NCBI GenBank assembly: GCA_038231275.1
Contig: JBBRLQ010000008.1
Span: 205,645 to 269,644 of the forward strand
DNA from: Polyangiales bacterium
GTDB taxonomy: Bacteria; Myxococcota_A; Polyangia; Polyangiales; Polyangiaceae
DNA: 64,000 nt
Direction of reading: 5' to 3'
Within the stretch, counting starts at the first letter, position 1. Each line of letters begins with the position of its first letter. The translations under genes and the position numbers were made by a program. Under the pieces are notes generated by a model. It saw only the letters and a list, made by a program, of their open reading frames with translations. It was not told where the DNA came from and made no database searches. Shown here piece by piece: positions 1 through 10,193 of the stretch.

Positions 1-1616
1 TCCTCGGCGGCCGGCGCGACGGCGCGCGAGATGATCTTCTTCCAGTCCGGCGGGATGACGACGCTCTGCACGCCGCTCTCGGCGACGCCCGGGGCCATCG
101 ACGGTTGACGCCATAGCTCGCTCGGCGACGTTGGCGGCGGCTCGCCGGTGAGGCACTCGTAGAGCACCGCGCCGAGCGCGAAGATATCGCTGCGCGCGTC
201 GACCGTGCCGCCCTCGGCCTGCTCGGGCGACATGTACCCCGGCGTTCCTACCGCCGAGCCCATGTTCGTGATGCGCGTCTCCTCCCATTCGACGCGCGCG
301 ATGCCGAAGTCGAGCACCTTCACGCGCTCGGTGTGCGGATCGCCCGGAATGGGGCAGAGGAAGATGTTCGACGGCTTCACGTCGCGATGCACGACCCCGG
401 CCGCGTGAACCGCCCCGAGCGCGTCGGCGATCTGCAGCGCGAACGGCAGGAGCTCGGCGGGCGTGAGGCGGCCCTTCGTCTTGAGGCGCGCGGCGAGCGA
501 CTCGCCGGCGAGGAGCTCCATCACCATGTACGACGTGCCGTCGGCCAGGTGACCGTGATCGAGGACCTCGACGACGTTGGGATGCCACGCCAGGCCCAGC
601 GCCTCGGCCTCGCGGCGAAGACGATCGGACGCGACGGCGTCGTGCGCGGCGGCGGCGCGGAGGAGCTTGATCGCGACCGGAACGCCGTCGGCGCTGCGCA
701 CGGCCTCGTAGATGACGCCGCTCGCGCCCGAGCCCATGCGTTGGCGGATCTTGTACTGCCCGGCGACGACGGTCCCCACGAGATCGCCGGCCGCCTCGCG
801 CTCCGGGTTGTCGCGGAGATACAGGCCGCGCTCGAGGGCGTTGACGCGTGCGACCTGCGCGAGCGTCTCGGCGCGGCGCCTGCGATCGCGCGCCCACGAC
901 GCGCCGAGGAGCGCGCCGGCGCACGTGGCGACCGCGAGCGCCGTCTCGGTGCCGATCGTCGGATGAAAGAGCACGGGCAACGCGAGGAGGCCGGCGCCGA
1001 GCGCGCACCCGATCGCGATCGCGCGCGGGCTGCTGGGGACACTCCACCGCACCTCGAACGTCTGCGCCACGACGCCGGTGTCGCTCGGCGTCGACGCGTG
1101 TGCGACGACCTCGACGTTGCTGTAGCCGAAGAGCGCCGGGATCGCGCGGAGCTCGGCGGCGCGCTGGACGGCGAGGAGACCGTCCTTCTCGAGCGCCGGA
1201 TCGTGCGCGAGCACCACCCTCCCCTCCCAAAGGCCCGGGCGCGCGTTCGTCGTCTCCCAGCGCGTCGTTCGGCCGTACTCGCTGTCGGCCCCTTCGAGGC
1301 GCGGGAACGCCTCCTCGGGTCCCTTTGCGCCGCGCAGCGCGCGCATCCACACGCCGACGTTGTCGGGCTCGAGGAGCCGCGGCCAAGACTCCCCCACCGC
1401 CTCGCGCGACAGGCGAGCGACGAACGAGACGAGCCCATCGTGGAGCGTCGTCAGAGGAATCTGGCGCGTCTCGTCCTCGAGGTCTTGCCTCGCGACCGTC
1501 AGCGCCGCCAGCCACGCGTCGGCGACCTCCGCCCCCTTCCGCGCCTCGAGCTCCTTGAGGAGAGCCTTGAGCTTCGAGGCGGTGCACTGCCCCGCGGGGA
1601 AGGAACGGCGGTTCAC
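1..1616 (-). CDS. Membrane-anchored Ser/Thr protein kinase with an N-terminal uncharacterised (HNOB/V4R-like?) domain; 3' end lies outside the window
   Basis: Not in the ORF track because it has no stop in the window. Read manually: GTG at 1616 with GGAGG upstream (alternative ATG 1637). About 200-aa N-terminal domain, two hydrophobic helices, then [40 protein letters not shown]. Confidence 0.9.
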   Translation of the reverse strand, partial: MNRRSFPAGQCTASKLKALLKELEARKGAEVADAWLAALTVARQDLEDETRQIPLTTLHDGLVSFVARLSREAVGESWPRLLEPDNVGVWMRALRGAKGPEEAFPRLEGADSEYGRTTRWETTNARPGLWEGRVVLAHDPALEKDGLLAVQRAAELRAIPALFGYSNVEVVAHASTPSDTGVVAQTFEVRWSVPSSPRAIAIGCALGAGLLALPVLFHPTIGTETALAVATCAGALLGASWARDRRRRAETLAQVARVNALERGLYLRDNPEREAAGDLVGTVVAGQYKIRQRMGSGASGVIYEAVRSADGVPVAIKLLRAAAAHDAVASDRLRREAEALGLAWHPNVVEVLDHGHLADGTSYMVMELLAGESLAARLKTKGRLTPAELLPFALQIADALGAVHAAGVVHRDVKPSNIFLCPIPGDPHTERVKVLDFGIARVEWEETRITNMGSAVGTPGYMSPEQAEGGTVDARSDIFALGAVLYECLTGEPPPTSPSELWRQPSMAPGVAESGVQSVVIPPDWKKIISRAVAPAAE

Positions 1617-1745
1617 GAGGATCCTCCCAGGAAGCATCGCACCAAAGACGAGCGCGCCATAGTCCGCACGAGGGCGAAATGTGGGGGGGCGTGGGCGAGC
1701 GGCCCCCCACTAAAGGTTTGCGCAGGCGAACCGTTCGCCAGGCCG

Positions 1746-2609
1746 ATGTCCACCGAGAGTACGACGGTCGTGGTGGTCGAGGATGACGTCGCGATTCGCG
1801 GGTTTGCCTCCCACGTCTTGCGAAAGCGAGGCTTCACGGTGCTCGAAGCGGCGACCGCCGAGGTCGCGCTGGTGGTGCTCGGGACCCTCGAGCGCGGCGT
1901 GGCGCCGGTGATCCTCTCGGACAAATGCCTCCCGGGCATGACCGGCCTCGACATGATCGAGCGCGCGCGCGACGTCGTGGAGGATTTCGAGGTGGTGCTC
2001 ATGACCGCCTTCGCCGACAACGAGGCGCTGATGCGGAGCGTGGAGCTCGGTGTCTTCCGGTGCATCACCAAGCCCTTCCACGTCGCCGAGCTCGTCTCGG
2101 CGATCACGGCGGCGCGTGATGTCCTGGTCGCACGCTGCGGCGAACGCGCACAAGCGCACTCTCTCGAGGAGCGGAACGCCGAGCTCGAACGACGCCTGCG
2201 CGAAAGATCCGGGCGTCCCGCGAAATCGCACCGCCACGGAGCGCTGCCGCCGGGGCTTCGCATCCTCTTCGTCGACGACGACGCGCTCGTCCAGCGCGCC
2301 TACTCGCGTCTCTTCCCCCGTCAGAACGTGCGCCTGTCCACGAGCCCGCTGGCCGCGCTCGAGAGCCTCGCCCTCGAGCCGGCGGACATCATCGTGTGCG
2401 ACATGCACATGCCGGAAATGGACGGCGTCACCTTCTGGAAGCGGCTGAACGAACTGGATCCGAAGCTCGCGGCGCGCGTCGTCTTCGTCTCGTCGGGGGA
2501 GGCCCAGTCGACGCGGGGCTCCACCGTCACGGCGAAGGTGCCGCTCGTGCAGAAGCCGTTCCAGGCCTCGGAGCTCGAAGGGACGGTCCTGCAGCTGCTC
2601 GCGTCGTAA
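1746..2609 (+). CDS. Response regulator with two receiver domains and no output domain
   Basis: C-terminal part of ORF 333..2609 from ATG 1746. REC1: VEDD...LSDKCLPGMTG...MTA...TKPF. REC2: VDDD...VCDMHMPEMDG...QKPF. A coiled coil lies between them. Confidence 0.9.
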   Translation: MSTESTTVVVVEDDVAIRGFASHVLRKRGFTVLEAATAEVALVVLGTLERGVAPVILSDKCLPGMTGLDMIERARDVVEDFEVVLMTAFADNEALMRSVELGVFRCITKPFHVAELVSAITAARDVLVARCGERAQAHSLEERNAELERRLRERSGRPAKSHRHGALPPGLRILFVDDDALVQRAYSRLFPRQNVRLSTSPLAALESLALEPADIIVCDMHMPEMDGVTFWKRLNELDPKLAARVVFVSSGEAQSTRGSTVTAKVPLVQKPFQASELEGTVLQLLAS

Positions 2610-2635
2610 CCCCCGTTTCGGGCTACGTTTCGCGG

Positions 2636-3946
2636 ATGGGCGAGCCGCTCTTGCACGGTGCCGTCGTGCGTCGCGTCGACATCGCGGACGCGGTGGCGGC
2701 GCTCGAAGTGCGCGCTCCGGGAGAGACGAGCGTGGTCCTCGTGGGCATCGCGCGCGGGCTTCGTGGCGTGGGGATCGTGTCGAGCGACGAGCGCAGGGCA
2801 GCGTGGGAGACGCGGCTGCCGGCGGGAGCGACGCGCACACGCGGGGGCGCCGGAGCGCGCGTGGAGGGAGGGCGCATCGTCGGCGTGTCGGCGCGAACGG
2901 TAGGAATCGAAGCGGAGGGAGTGACCTTCGTGATCTCGATCGGCCCCCTGCGGATCGCCATCGCCGAGGGGACCGTCGACGGGCCGGACGGCGAGGACGT
3001 GCGGGCGGAGTACGAAGCGCGCGGCAAAGAGCTGCTCGCGGCGTTGCGTGCGGAGGCGCACGAGCGACGACGCGACGGCATCCTTCGCGCGATCCAGCGC
3101 GGCGTGTCGAAGCTGCAGCGGCGCATCGGCGCGATGCGCGGGGATCTGGCGCGCCTCGCCGACGCCGAAGCGCTCGCGGCGCAGGCGCAGTGGCTCATCG
3201 CGGCCGCCGTGCGCGCGCCGCGGGGCGCCAAGGAGCTGGAGGTCACCGACTGGTCGACCGGCGAGGCACGACCGCTCGTGGTCCCGCTCGATCCCGCGAA
3301 GCCCGCGCGCGCACAAGTGGATGCGATGTTCCAGCGCGCGCGACGGCTCAAGCGCGGCGCGAAGATCGCCGAGGAGCGGATCGCGAAGGCCGGCGTGGTG
3401 GTGGAAGGGCTCGACGCGGCGTCGGAGCTGGCGCGCCGCGCGGAGGATGGGCGCGGACTCGACGTCGCGCTCGCCAAGGCCCGCGCGCTGGCGCCGAGGG
3501 ACGTCGCGCTCGACGCGGGACCGACCGGGCCCGGCTCTGCGCCGAAACAGACGAAGAGCGCGCCGTTTCGTACGTTCGTCGCGTCGGGCGGCGCGCGCAT
3601 TCTCGTCGGCAAGGGGGCCGCGCAGAACGATCAGCTCACGTTCCAGAACGCGCGCCCCCACGACCTGTGGCTCCACGCGAAAGGACGCACCGGCGCGCAT
3701 GTTGTCGTGCCGCTCGCCAAGAACACGACCTGCCCCGGCGATCTCCTCGTCGACGCGGCCCACCTCGCCGCCCATTTCTCGGAGGCCCGCGGCGACGGCG
3801 TGGTCGAGGTCCAGTACACGCCGCGCCGGTACTTGCGAAAGCCGCGCGGCAGCGCGCCAGGGCTCGTCGTCGTCGACAGAGAGAAGGTGCTGCCCGTGCG
3901 GCTGGAGGCCGGCAGGGTGGAGAGGCTCCTCGAGGCCGAAGAGTAG
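2636..3946 (+). CDS. NFACT RNA-binding (DUF814) domain protein, Rqc2/RqcH/FbpA-related
   Basis: Coiled coil, then VPLDP...FQRARRLKRG, then an NFACT-R motif set: ILVGKGAAQNDQLT..ARPHDLWLHAKGRTGAHVV..AAHLAAHFS..VQYTPRRYLRKP..APGLV. Confidence 0.85.
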   Translation: MGEPLLHGAVVRRVDIADAVAALEVRAPGETSVVLVGIARGLRGVGIVSSDERRAAWETRLPAGATRTRGGAGARVEGGRIVGVSARTVGIEAEGVTFVISIGPLRIAIAEGTVDGPDGEDVRAEYEARGKELLAALRAEAHERRRDGILRAIQRGVSKLQRRIGAMRGDLARLADAEALAAQAQWLIAAAVRAPRGAKELEVTDWSTGEARPLVVPLDPAKPARAQVDAMFQRARRLKRGAKIAEERIAKAGVVVEGLDAASELARRAEDGRGLDVALAKARALAPRDVALDAGPTGPGSAPKQTKSAPFRTFVASGGARILVGKGAAQNDQLTFQNARPHDLWLHAKGRTGAHVVVPLAKNTTCPGDLLVDAAHLAAHFSEARGDGVVEVQYTPRRYLRKPRGSAPGLVVVDREKVLPVRLEAGRVERLLEAEE

Positions 3947-3991
3947 GGTCGCCCCTCGGGAACTTCACCGCCTCGCGCGTGTCCACCCTGC

Positions 3992-5839
3992 ATGGCGCAC
4001 GATCCGCTCGTCCTCCGCGCGTTCTGGGGTGACGATCTGCTGAGCACGATTCACGTAGACCGCCCCCGCGCCGTGTGGGCGCGCGAGTTGCCGCTCCCCG
4101 AAGGAACGACCGACTGGTGCGTCCTCGACGAGACGGCGCGGCTCGTGGGCCCCGATGGCGCGGCGCAGACGATCCCCGCGGATGGAGAGGCGCGCGTGGA
4201 GGTCGGCGGCGTCACGCTGGTTGCCGAGCGACCGGGACCGCGCGCGTTCGCGGGAGCACCGCGACGGTCACGCGCGAAGGCGCTGCTCGCGGCGTCGGTG
4301 ATCGCACACGTGGGCCTCTTGGCGATCGCCGCGGCCGCGCCCGAGACCTCGAAGGCCGACACCGACCGCGCGCGGCTCGCCGACCTGAAGGTCTACACGC
4401 TGGCCATCGCGCTTCGCGACGATCCGCGCTCCGATCCGCCGAACACCGTGGAGCCCGAAGAAGGCTCGATGGGGACGCGCGCGAAGGGCGAGGAGGGGCG
4501 ACACTTCGCGGTGAAGGGGCCTGTCGCGGGTCCGGGGCTCGATCCGGCGGCCGCCCGCGCCGGCGCCCTCCGCGAGGCGGCGGAGTTCGGAATGATCGGG
4601 CTCCTCGCCACGGGCGAAGGCGGCGGAGGCACGGGGGGTGGATTCGGGCTCGGTGGGATCGGCACGAGCGGCGGAGGCGGAGGAGGCGGCACCGGCGCCA
4701 AGGCTTCGCCGTTCGTCCCTTCTCAGACCGCCGGTGTGCGCGCCGGAGAGTGGGACGACAACGCGTCGTTCCGCGAGTTCACGGGATTCCTCGCGACGAC
4801 CGGCCGCTCCTCGGGACGGTCGTGGACCCGCACGCTCGACGTGCGCGATCGTCAGTTCGTCGTCGTGCGCGACGCGAACGGAAAGGCGGTGCCCTCCTGT
4901 TGGCTCGACGTGCGCGACGCCCAAGGTCAAAAGACCCAGCTTCGCACCACCGCCGCCGGGCGCGCGCTCCTCTTTCCGCACGCCGAGGGCCTGTCCGCGC
5001 CGCTCACCGTCACCGCGCGCTGCGGCGTCGCCAACGGCGTCGCGACGGCGACCACGCTCGAGCCGGACGGCGCGATCGTGGTCGATTTGCCGGTGGCGCG
5101 CGCGGTCCCTTCGGCGCGGCGCGTTCAGCTCGGCTTCATCCTCGACACGACCGGCTCGATGTCCGAAGAGATCGCCGAGATCAAATCCACGATCCGGCAG
5201 GTGTCGCAGCTCCTCGGTCACGAGCAAATCGCCCTCGAGGTCGGCCTCGTCGAATACAAAGATCACGGGGACGAGTTCGTCACGCGCGCGTACAAGCTGT
5301 CGCCGGATCTCGCGGCGTTCTCGCGGACGATCGATCACCTGTCGGCGGGAGGCGGCGGCGACGCGCCCGAGGCGGTGGAGGACGGTCTCCGCGCGGGTCT
5401 GGACGATCTCGGATGGTCGCTCGACAGCACCGTGAAGATGGCGTTCCTCGTCGGCGACGCGCCGCCGCACGAGGATCAAGACGATCGGTACGCCCGCCAG
5501 GCGAAGCGGTACGCGCACGCGGGCATCCCGGTGTTCACCATCGCCGCGTCGGGCATGGACACCTACGGACAGGTCGTGTGGCGCCAGGTCGCGCAGTACA
5601 CCGGCGGCACGAACATGTTCGTCCTCCGCGGCGGCGCGGGCCCGCAGTCGGCGGGCGCCGGCGACCCGCTCACGAGCTGCGGCACGCGACAGACGCAGTA
5701 CACGAGCGGCAACCTGCACCAGCTCGTCGTCGACAAGGTGAAGGGGCAGCTCGCCGCCGTCGACGCCGATCCGATGAAGATCCGCGGAAGAGGCCAGGAC
5801 GAGCACCCGAGCGCATGCGCCCGCCTCGCGCAGCGCTAA
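3992..5839 (+). CDS. Membrane-anchored VWA-domain protein
   Basis: TM helix (LLAASVIAHVGLLAIAAAA), Gly-rich linker, VWA MIDAS motif FILDTTGSMS, VEYKDH, GGGDAPEAV, LVGDAPPH. Confidence 0.85.
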   Translation: MAHDPLVLRAFWGDDLLSTIHVDRPRAVWARELPLPEGTTDWCVLDETARLVGPDGAAQTIPADGEARVEVGGVTLVAERPGPRAFAGAPRRSRAKALLAASVIAHVGLLAIAAAAPETSKADTDRARLADLKVYTLAIALRDDPRSDPPNTVEPEEGSMGTRAKGEEGRHFAVKGPVAGPGLDPAAARAGALREAAEFGMIGLLATGEGGGGTGGGFGLGGIGTSGGGGGGGTGAKASPFVPSQTAGVRAGEWDDNASFREFTGFLATTGRSSGRSWTRTLDVRDRQFVVVRDANGKAVPSCWLDVRDAQGQKTQLRTTAAGRALLFPHAEGLSAPLTVTARCGVANGVATATTLEPDGAIVVDLPVARAVPSARRVQLGFILDTTGSMSEEIAEIKSTIRQVSQLLGHEQIALEVGLVEYKDHGDEFVTRAYKLSPDLAAFSRTIDHLSAGGGGDAPEAVEDGLRAGLDDLGWSLDSTVKMAFLVGDAPPHEDQDDRYARQAKRYAHAGIPVFTIAASGMDTYGQVVWRQVAQYTGGTNMFVLRGGAGPQSAGAGDPLTSCGTRQTQYTSGNLHQLVVDKVKGQLAAVDADPMKIRGRGQDEHPSACARLAQR

Positions 5840-5840
5840 G

Positions 5841-5870
5841 TGGAGCCAAGCGCTGCGGAGCGAAACGCTC
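5841..5870. repeat. REP-like intergenic repeat, family A, copy 1
   Basis: TGGAGCCAAGCGCTGCGGAGCGAAACGCTC. 28/30 identical to 38706-38735. Ends in a GAGCG-AAA-CGCTC hairpin. Confidence 0.75.
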
Positions 5871-5924
5871 TGGGGGAAAGGCCTGCTCGGCTTTTCCAGT
5901 CAGGCCCTGGGCGCGCGCGACCGA

Positions 5925-7559
5925 TCAGTGTGCCTTGCGGCGCGTCGCGGGGCTGAGAATGAATGTGCCGGGCTTGAGCGGCTTTCCCCATGAGGCCGCC
6001 GTGAGGACCGGCTTCACGCACGCGTCGAACGTGTGGCTGTACGAATCGGTCGGGTGCCCTATCCCGGTGACGCTGCCGCGCCCGTCGACGGCCACGGTAT
6101 ACGACGTCGTGAGCGTGAGCACCTCGCTGCCTTGGTTGAAATCGGCGCTCGGCGTGGCTTGTGCGCACTGATCGACCTTGGCCATGAGCGGCGCCATCAC
6201 GAAGTAGAGGTGCTCGACGTGGTAGACGCCCATCGCCTGGACCGCGAGCGTGGTACGTCCGGCCGACGGCGACGACGCGAGGCTCCCCGCGTCCTCCTCT
6301 TGTGGAGGCGCAGGCGGCGCAGATGGTGGCGCGCCTCCCCCATGCACGACGACGGCGCCCGCCGAGGACGACGCAGACGGCGCGGCAGCGAGCGCGGCCG
6401 ATCCATCCGGGGCGAGCACGGCCAAAGGCGCAGCGTCACCGGCCGCGGCATCCGACAACGGCTTGGTCGCGGCTGGCCGCCGCCCGACGAGCACCTCGTT
6501 GTAGAGCCCCGCGATCACCACCGCGGCGCCCAGGATCGCTACGATCACGAGCAAGACGCGCGATCCGTGCCCCGCGCCTTGCGTCGCCGCGGCAGGAGCG
6601 TGCATCGGACCGTATGTCGGCGCGTGGATCGGAGCGTACGTCGGCGCGGCGACCATCGGCGGTTGGGAGAACGCCGCGGCCGGCGGGCTGGAGTGCTGCG
6701 CCGCCGAGAAGCTCGACGCCCAGGGCGCGAGCGCCGCGAGCATCTCGTCCGCCGAGCCGAAACGCGCGTTCGGATCTTTCGCCATCGCGCGCTCGACGAT
6801 CTGCGCGAGCCCCACCGGCACGTCGGGTCGCAGCTGCACGATCGGCGTCGGCTGCTTCTCGTCGATCGCGAAGACGAGCTCGGGGAGGCTCGAGGCGTTG
6901 AACGGCAGGCGACCCGTAAGTGCATTATACATGCAAATTCCGACACCGTAGAGATCGGTGCGCGCATCGACGGGGCGCCCGCGGATCTGCTCGGGCGCCA
7001 TGTACGCAGGCGATCCGACCATCGCGCCGGTGGCAGTGAGCTGAGCCGCGCGCGGATCGCCGGCCTGCTTCACGACGCCGAAGTCGACGAGCTTCACGAT
7101 GTCCGCCGCGGCCGAGGTGCTCGTGAGGAACACGTTGTCCGGCTTCACGTCGCGATGCACGAGCCCCGCGCGGTGCGCGGCCGAGAGCGCCGACAGGACT
7201 TGCGCGGCCACGTGCACGACGCGCGCGGCCGGGAGGGCGCCTCCTTTGGCGACGACCTCTTGGAGCGACGCGCCCTGCAGGAGCTCCATCACGAGGAACG
7301 GCGGCGGGCCGAGCTGGAAGTCGGTCACCTGCACGATGTTCGGATGCCCGAGCGCGGCGGCGGCCTGCGCCTCGCGCTGGAAGCGAGCGATCGCGTCGCC
7401 GATCAGGGCGAGCTCGTCGTAGACGACCTTCACCGCGACACGGCGGCCGAGCCCCTCTTGCACCGCCTCGTAGACGGCGCCCATCCCGCCTGAGCCGAGG
7501 AGCCGCGTCACGCGGTACCGCCCGCCGAGGAGGACGCCGGTGAGATCCCGAGGGGTCAT
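5925..7559 (-). CDS. Transmembrane Ser/Thr protein kinase
   Basis: ATG 7559 with GGAGG upstream. LGSGGMGAVY, VAVK, HRDVKPDN, DFG, GSPAYMAPE, then a TM helix and an extracytoplasmic C-terminal domain with two Cys. Confidence 0.92.
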   Translation of the reverse strand: MTPRDLTGVLLGGRYRVTRLLGSGGMGAVYEAVQEGLGRRVAVKVVYDELALIGDAIARFQREAQAAAALGHPNIVQVTDFQLGPPPFLVMELLQGASLQEVVAKGGALPAARVVHVAAQVLSALSAAHRAGLVHRDVKPDNVFLTSTSAAADIVKLVDFGVVKQAGDPRAAQLTATGAMVGSPAYMAPEQIRGRPVDARTDLYGVGICMYNALTGRLPFNASSLPELVFAIDEKQPTPIVQLRPDVPVGLAQIVERAMAKDPNARFGSADEMLAALAPWASSFSAAQHSSPPAAAFSQPPMVAAPTYAPIHAPTYGPMHAPAAATQGAGHGSRVLLVIVAILGAAVVIAGLYNEVLVGRRPAATKPLSDAAAGDAAPLAVLAPDGSAALAAAPSASSSAGAVVVHGGGAPPSAPPAPPQEEDAGSLASSPSAGRTTLAVQAMGVYHVEHLYFVMAPLMAKVDQCAQATPSADFNQGSEVLTLTTSYTVAVDGRGSVTGIGHPTDSYSHTFDACVKPVLTAASWGKPLKPGTFILSPATRRKAH

Positions 7560-7670
7560 CCTCCACGACAGTAGAGCAGAAGACGAGCAGAAGACGCGCA
7601 GAAGAGGTTGAACCGACAGACAAGGACCATCGAGGAGCCACGAACGGGGCGAAAGTGGTACAGATCCGGA

Positions 7671-10166
7671 GTGCGCCTCGGGGACACGATCGGACGCTGG
7701 TTCGGCAGGGTCGAGGTCGTCATCGCCGGCGCCGAAGCGGCGCTGCGCGAAGGGGATCAGGCGCTCGCGGCGGGCGACGCGATGCGGGCGCGCGCAGCGG
7801 CGAGGGAGGTGCTCGAGCGGGTGCCGCACTCGCCGCTGGGGCTCGCGCTGCTGGCCGACGCGTGCGAGCTCGGAGGCCTCGACGCGGAGCTGCAGCTGAC
7901 GCTCGAAGAGCTGTCCGAGCGCGCGGCGCAGCGAGCCGACGTCTGGGTGCGGCTCGGCGGCGCGCGCGACAAGACACACGCGCCGCGGGAGGAGGTGCGC
8001 GACGCGTACGTGCGCGCGCTCGCCGTCGCCGAGCCGGGGAGCCAGGCGCGACGCGACGCGCTGCTGGCGCTGGCCGATCTCGATCTCGCGCAGGACGACG
8101 GCGCACGCGCGGAGCTATGGCTCGATCGCGCGGCGTCGAACGCGGCCCCCGACGTGATGCTCCGCCGCGCCGAGGCGCGCCTCGCACAGGGGGACGTCGT
8201 GGGCGCGCGCAAATGGCTCTCGACCCTCGCGAGCGACGCCACCGACGGGCGCGCGGCGCTGGCGCGAGGGCGCGCGTTCGCGATGGGTGGAAGCGCCGAA
8301 GCGTTCCCGTCGCTGTTGCGCGCGTACATGCTCGACACGCCCGGCGCGAGCGAAGCCCTCTCGTCGACGCTCGCGTGGGTCGCCGCCGATCCGGAGACGC
8401 GCGCACGCACCCGCGCCGTCGTCGACGCAAAGGGAGAGGCCACGCTCGCGCGTTTCCGCGCGGCCTTCGCGCGCGCCGACGGTCATCGCGACGAGGCGCG
8501 TGCGGCGCTGCTCGACGCGGTCTCCACCGGCGACGCGTCGGCCGCGCGTCCGCTGCTCGACGCCGCGCTGCAGGATCGCGACATGGGCGCGCTGCGTGGC
8601 GCGCTCACCGCGCTCGACGCGGGCAGCAGCGCCGACGAGCCGATCGCCGTCGACGCGCGGAGGCTCCTCGAAGGCGACACCCCCGAGCGTGTGCTCGATG
8701 CGCTCGCCACCGTGACCCACGAGCGCGTCCTACCGTGGGCGACCGAGGCCGCCGCCGACGTCGCGCGCGCGTGGGCACCTGCCGGCGCGCCCGCGGCGTG
8801 GCCCGCGCTCCTCGCACGCCTCGATGGCCATGCGCGCAGCCTCCACGATCTCGACGCGCTCACCGACGTCGCGCGCCTGGTCGTCGAGCGCACGCGCCCG
8901 GTCCGCGTCGCGATCGTCGGCGAGTTCAACGCCGGGAAATCCACCTTCATCAACGCCCTCATCGGCGCTGACGTCGCGCCCACCGGCGTCCTCCCGACGA
9001 CGGCGACCCTCCACCACCTCCGGTATGCGCCCGATCCCATCGCCCGGATCCTCTTCGTTCTGCCGCACGAGCCGCCGGAGCGCATCGTGCGCGTCGAAGA
9101 TCTGCGCGCGACGCTCAAGGGTGTCGGCGATGCCCCGGTTCGGCGCGTCGAAATCCACCTCCCCATCGCCTCGCTGACGCGTGTCGAGATCCTCGACACG
9201 CCCGGCTTCAACGCCCCCGACAAGCGACACTCGGAGGTCGCGCGCGAAGCGTTCGAGGAGGCCGACGCCGCGATCTGGCTCCTCGACGCGGCACAGCCCT
9301 TGAAACAGACCGAGCGCGCGGTGCTCGAGGAGGCGAAGGCCGCGCGCCTTCCGGTGCAGATGCTCGTGAACAAGGCCGATCGCCTCGGCCCCGACGATCT
9401 CGCGAAGGTGATGGAGACGCTCCGCATCGCGCTCGACGAGGTCGGCCTCGCGTCGACGACGCCCCCGATCGCGCTGTCGGCGCGGCTCGCCCTCGCGGGA
9501 CGCCTCGGCGACGCGGCCGCGCTCGAGGCGAGCGGGTGGAGCAAGGTGCAATCGCTCCTCGACGAAGAGATCGTGGCACGAAGCGCCGACGTGAAGGAGC
9601 GCGCGCTGCGGCGCCGCGCGGCGAGGCTGGTCGCGAGGCTCGGCGCCAGCGCGGCGCGCGCGATGGAGGCCGAGCAGGCCGAGCGCGCACGAGAAGAGGC
9701 GCGGGTCGTCGCGCTCCGCGAGGCGGTCGCGCGCGTGGACCGCGAGGCCGAGGCGCTCGGCAAGCGCATCACCACCGCGCTCGAGACCCCGATGACCGCG
9801 TGGCGCCGCGATCTGCGCATGGTCGCGGCCGGACGCGACGCGGCCGCCGCGCAGGATCCGAGCCTCGGCCAGTACCGGACCGATCGCGCGCTCGCCCACC
9901 TCGCGGGTCCCCTGGAGGCCGAGCTCGCGCGCCTGGTGCCCGACACGAGCGCGCGTCGCCTCCCGGTCCGCGCCATCGCCCGCGCCGCGGTGCGCACCTA
10001 CGCGTCCGCGCCGACCTCCGAAGCGGCCGCGCCGACTCCCCTCGTGAGCGCGTCGATCGCGACGTTGGGCGAGGTCCTCAGCCGCGCCGCCGTGCCGACT
10101 CCGAGCACCGCGATGGCCACCGGCCTCGTCCGCGAGCTGCGTGCCCTCTCCGAAGCCCTTGCGTGA
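7671..10166 (+). CDS. Bacterial dynamin-like GTPase with an N-terminal TPR-like helical region
   Basis: G1 GEFNAGKST, G2 GVLPTT, G3 DTPG, G4 NKAD. About 400 aa of Ala-rich helical repeats N-terminally and a coiled-coil C-terminus. GTG 7671 chosen as start. Confidence 0.85.
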   Translation: MRLGDTIGRWFGRVEVVIAGAEAALREGDQALAAGDAMRARAAAREVLERVPHSPLGLALLADACELGGLDAELQLTLEELSERAAQRADVWVRLGGARDKTHAPREEVRDAYVRALAVAEPGSQARRDALLALADLDLAQDDGARAELWLDRAASNAAPDVMLRRAEARLAQGDVVGARKWLSTLASDATDGRAALARGRAFAMGGSAEAFPSLLRAYMLDTPGASEALSSTLAWVAADPETRARTRAVVDAKGEATLARFRAAFARADGHRDEARAALLDAVSTGDASAARPLLDAALQDRDMGALRGALTALDAGSSADEPIAVDARRLLEGDTPERVLDALATVTHERVLPWATEAAADVARAWAPAGAPAAWPALLARLDGHARSLHDLDALTDVARLVVERTRPVRVAIVGEFNAGKSTFINALIGADVAPTGVLPTTATLHHLRYAPDPIARILFVLPHEPPERIVRVEDLRATLKGVGDAPVRRVEIHLPIASLTRVEILDTPGFNAPDKRHSEVAREAFEEADAAIWLLDAAQPLKQTERAVLEEAKAARLPVQMLVNKADRLGPDDLAKVMETLRIALDEVGLASTTPPIALSARLALAGRLGDAAALEASGWSKVQSLLDEEIVARSADVKERALRRRAARLVARLGASAARAMEAEQAERAREEARVVALREAVARVDREAEALGKRITTALETPMTAWRRDLRMVAAGRDAAAAQDPSLGQYRTDRALAHLAGPLEAELARLVPDTSARRLPVRAIARAAVRTYASAPTSEAAAPTPLVSASIATLGEVLSRAAVPTPSTAMATGLVRELRALSEALA

Positions 10167-10193
10167 GCCTCGATTTCCAGGCACCACAATCCC

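Noticed and set aside
333..1745. N-terminal 471 codons of the 758-aa ORF 333..2609
   Set aside because: Antisense shadow of the minus-strand kinase. The real regulator starts at ATG 1746.
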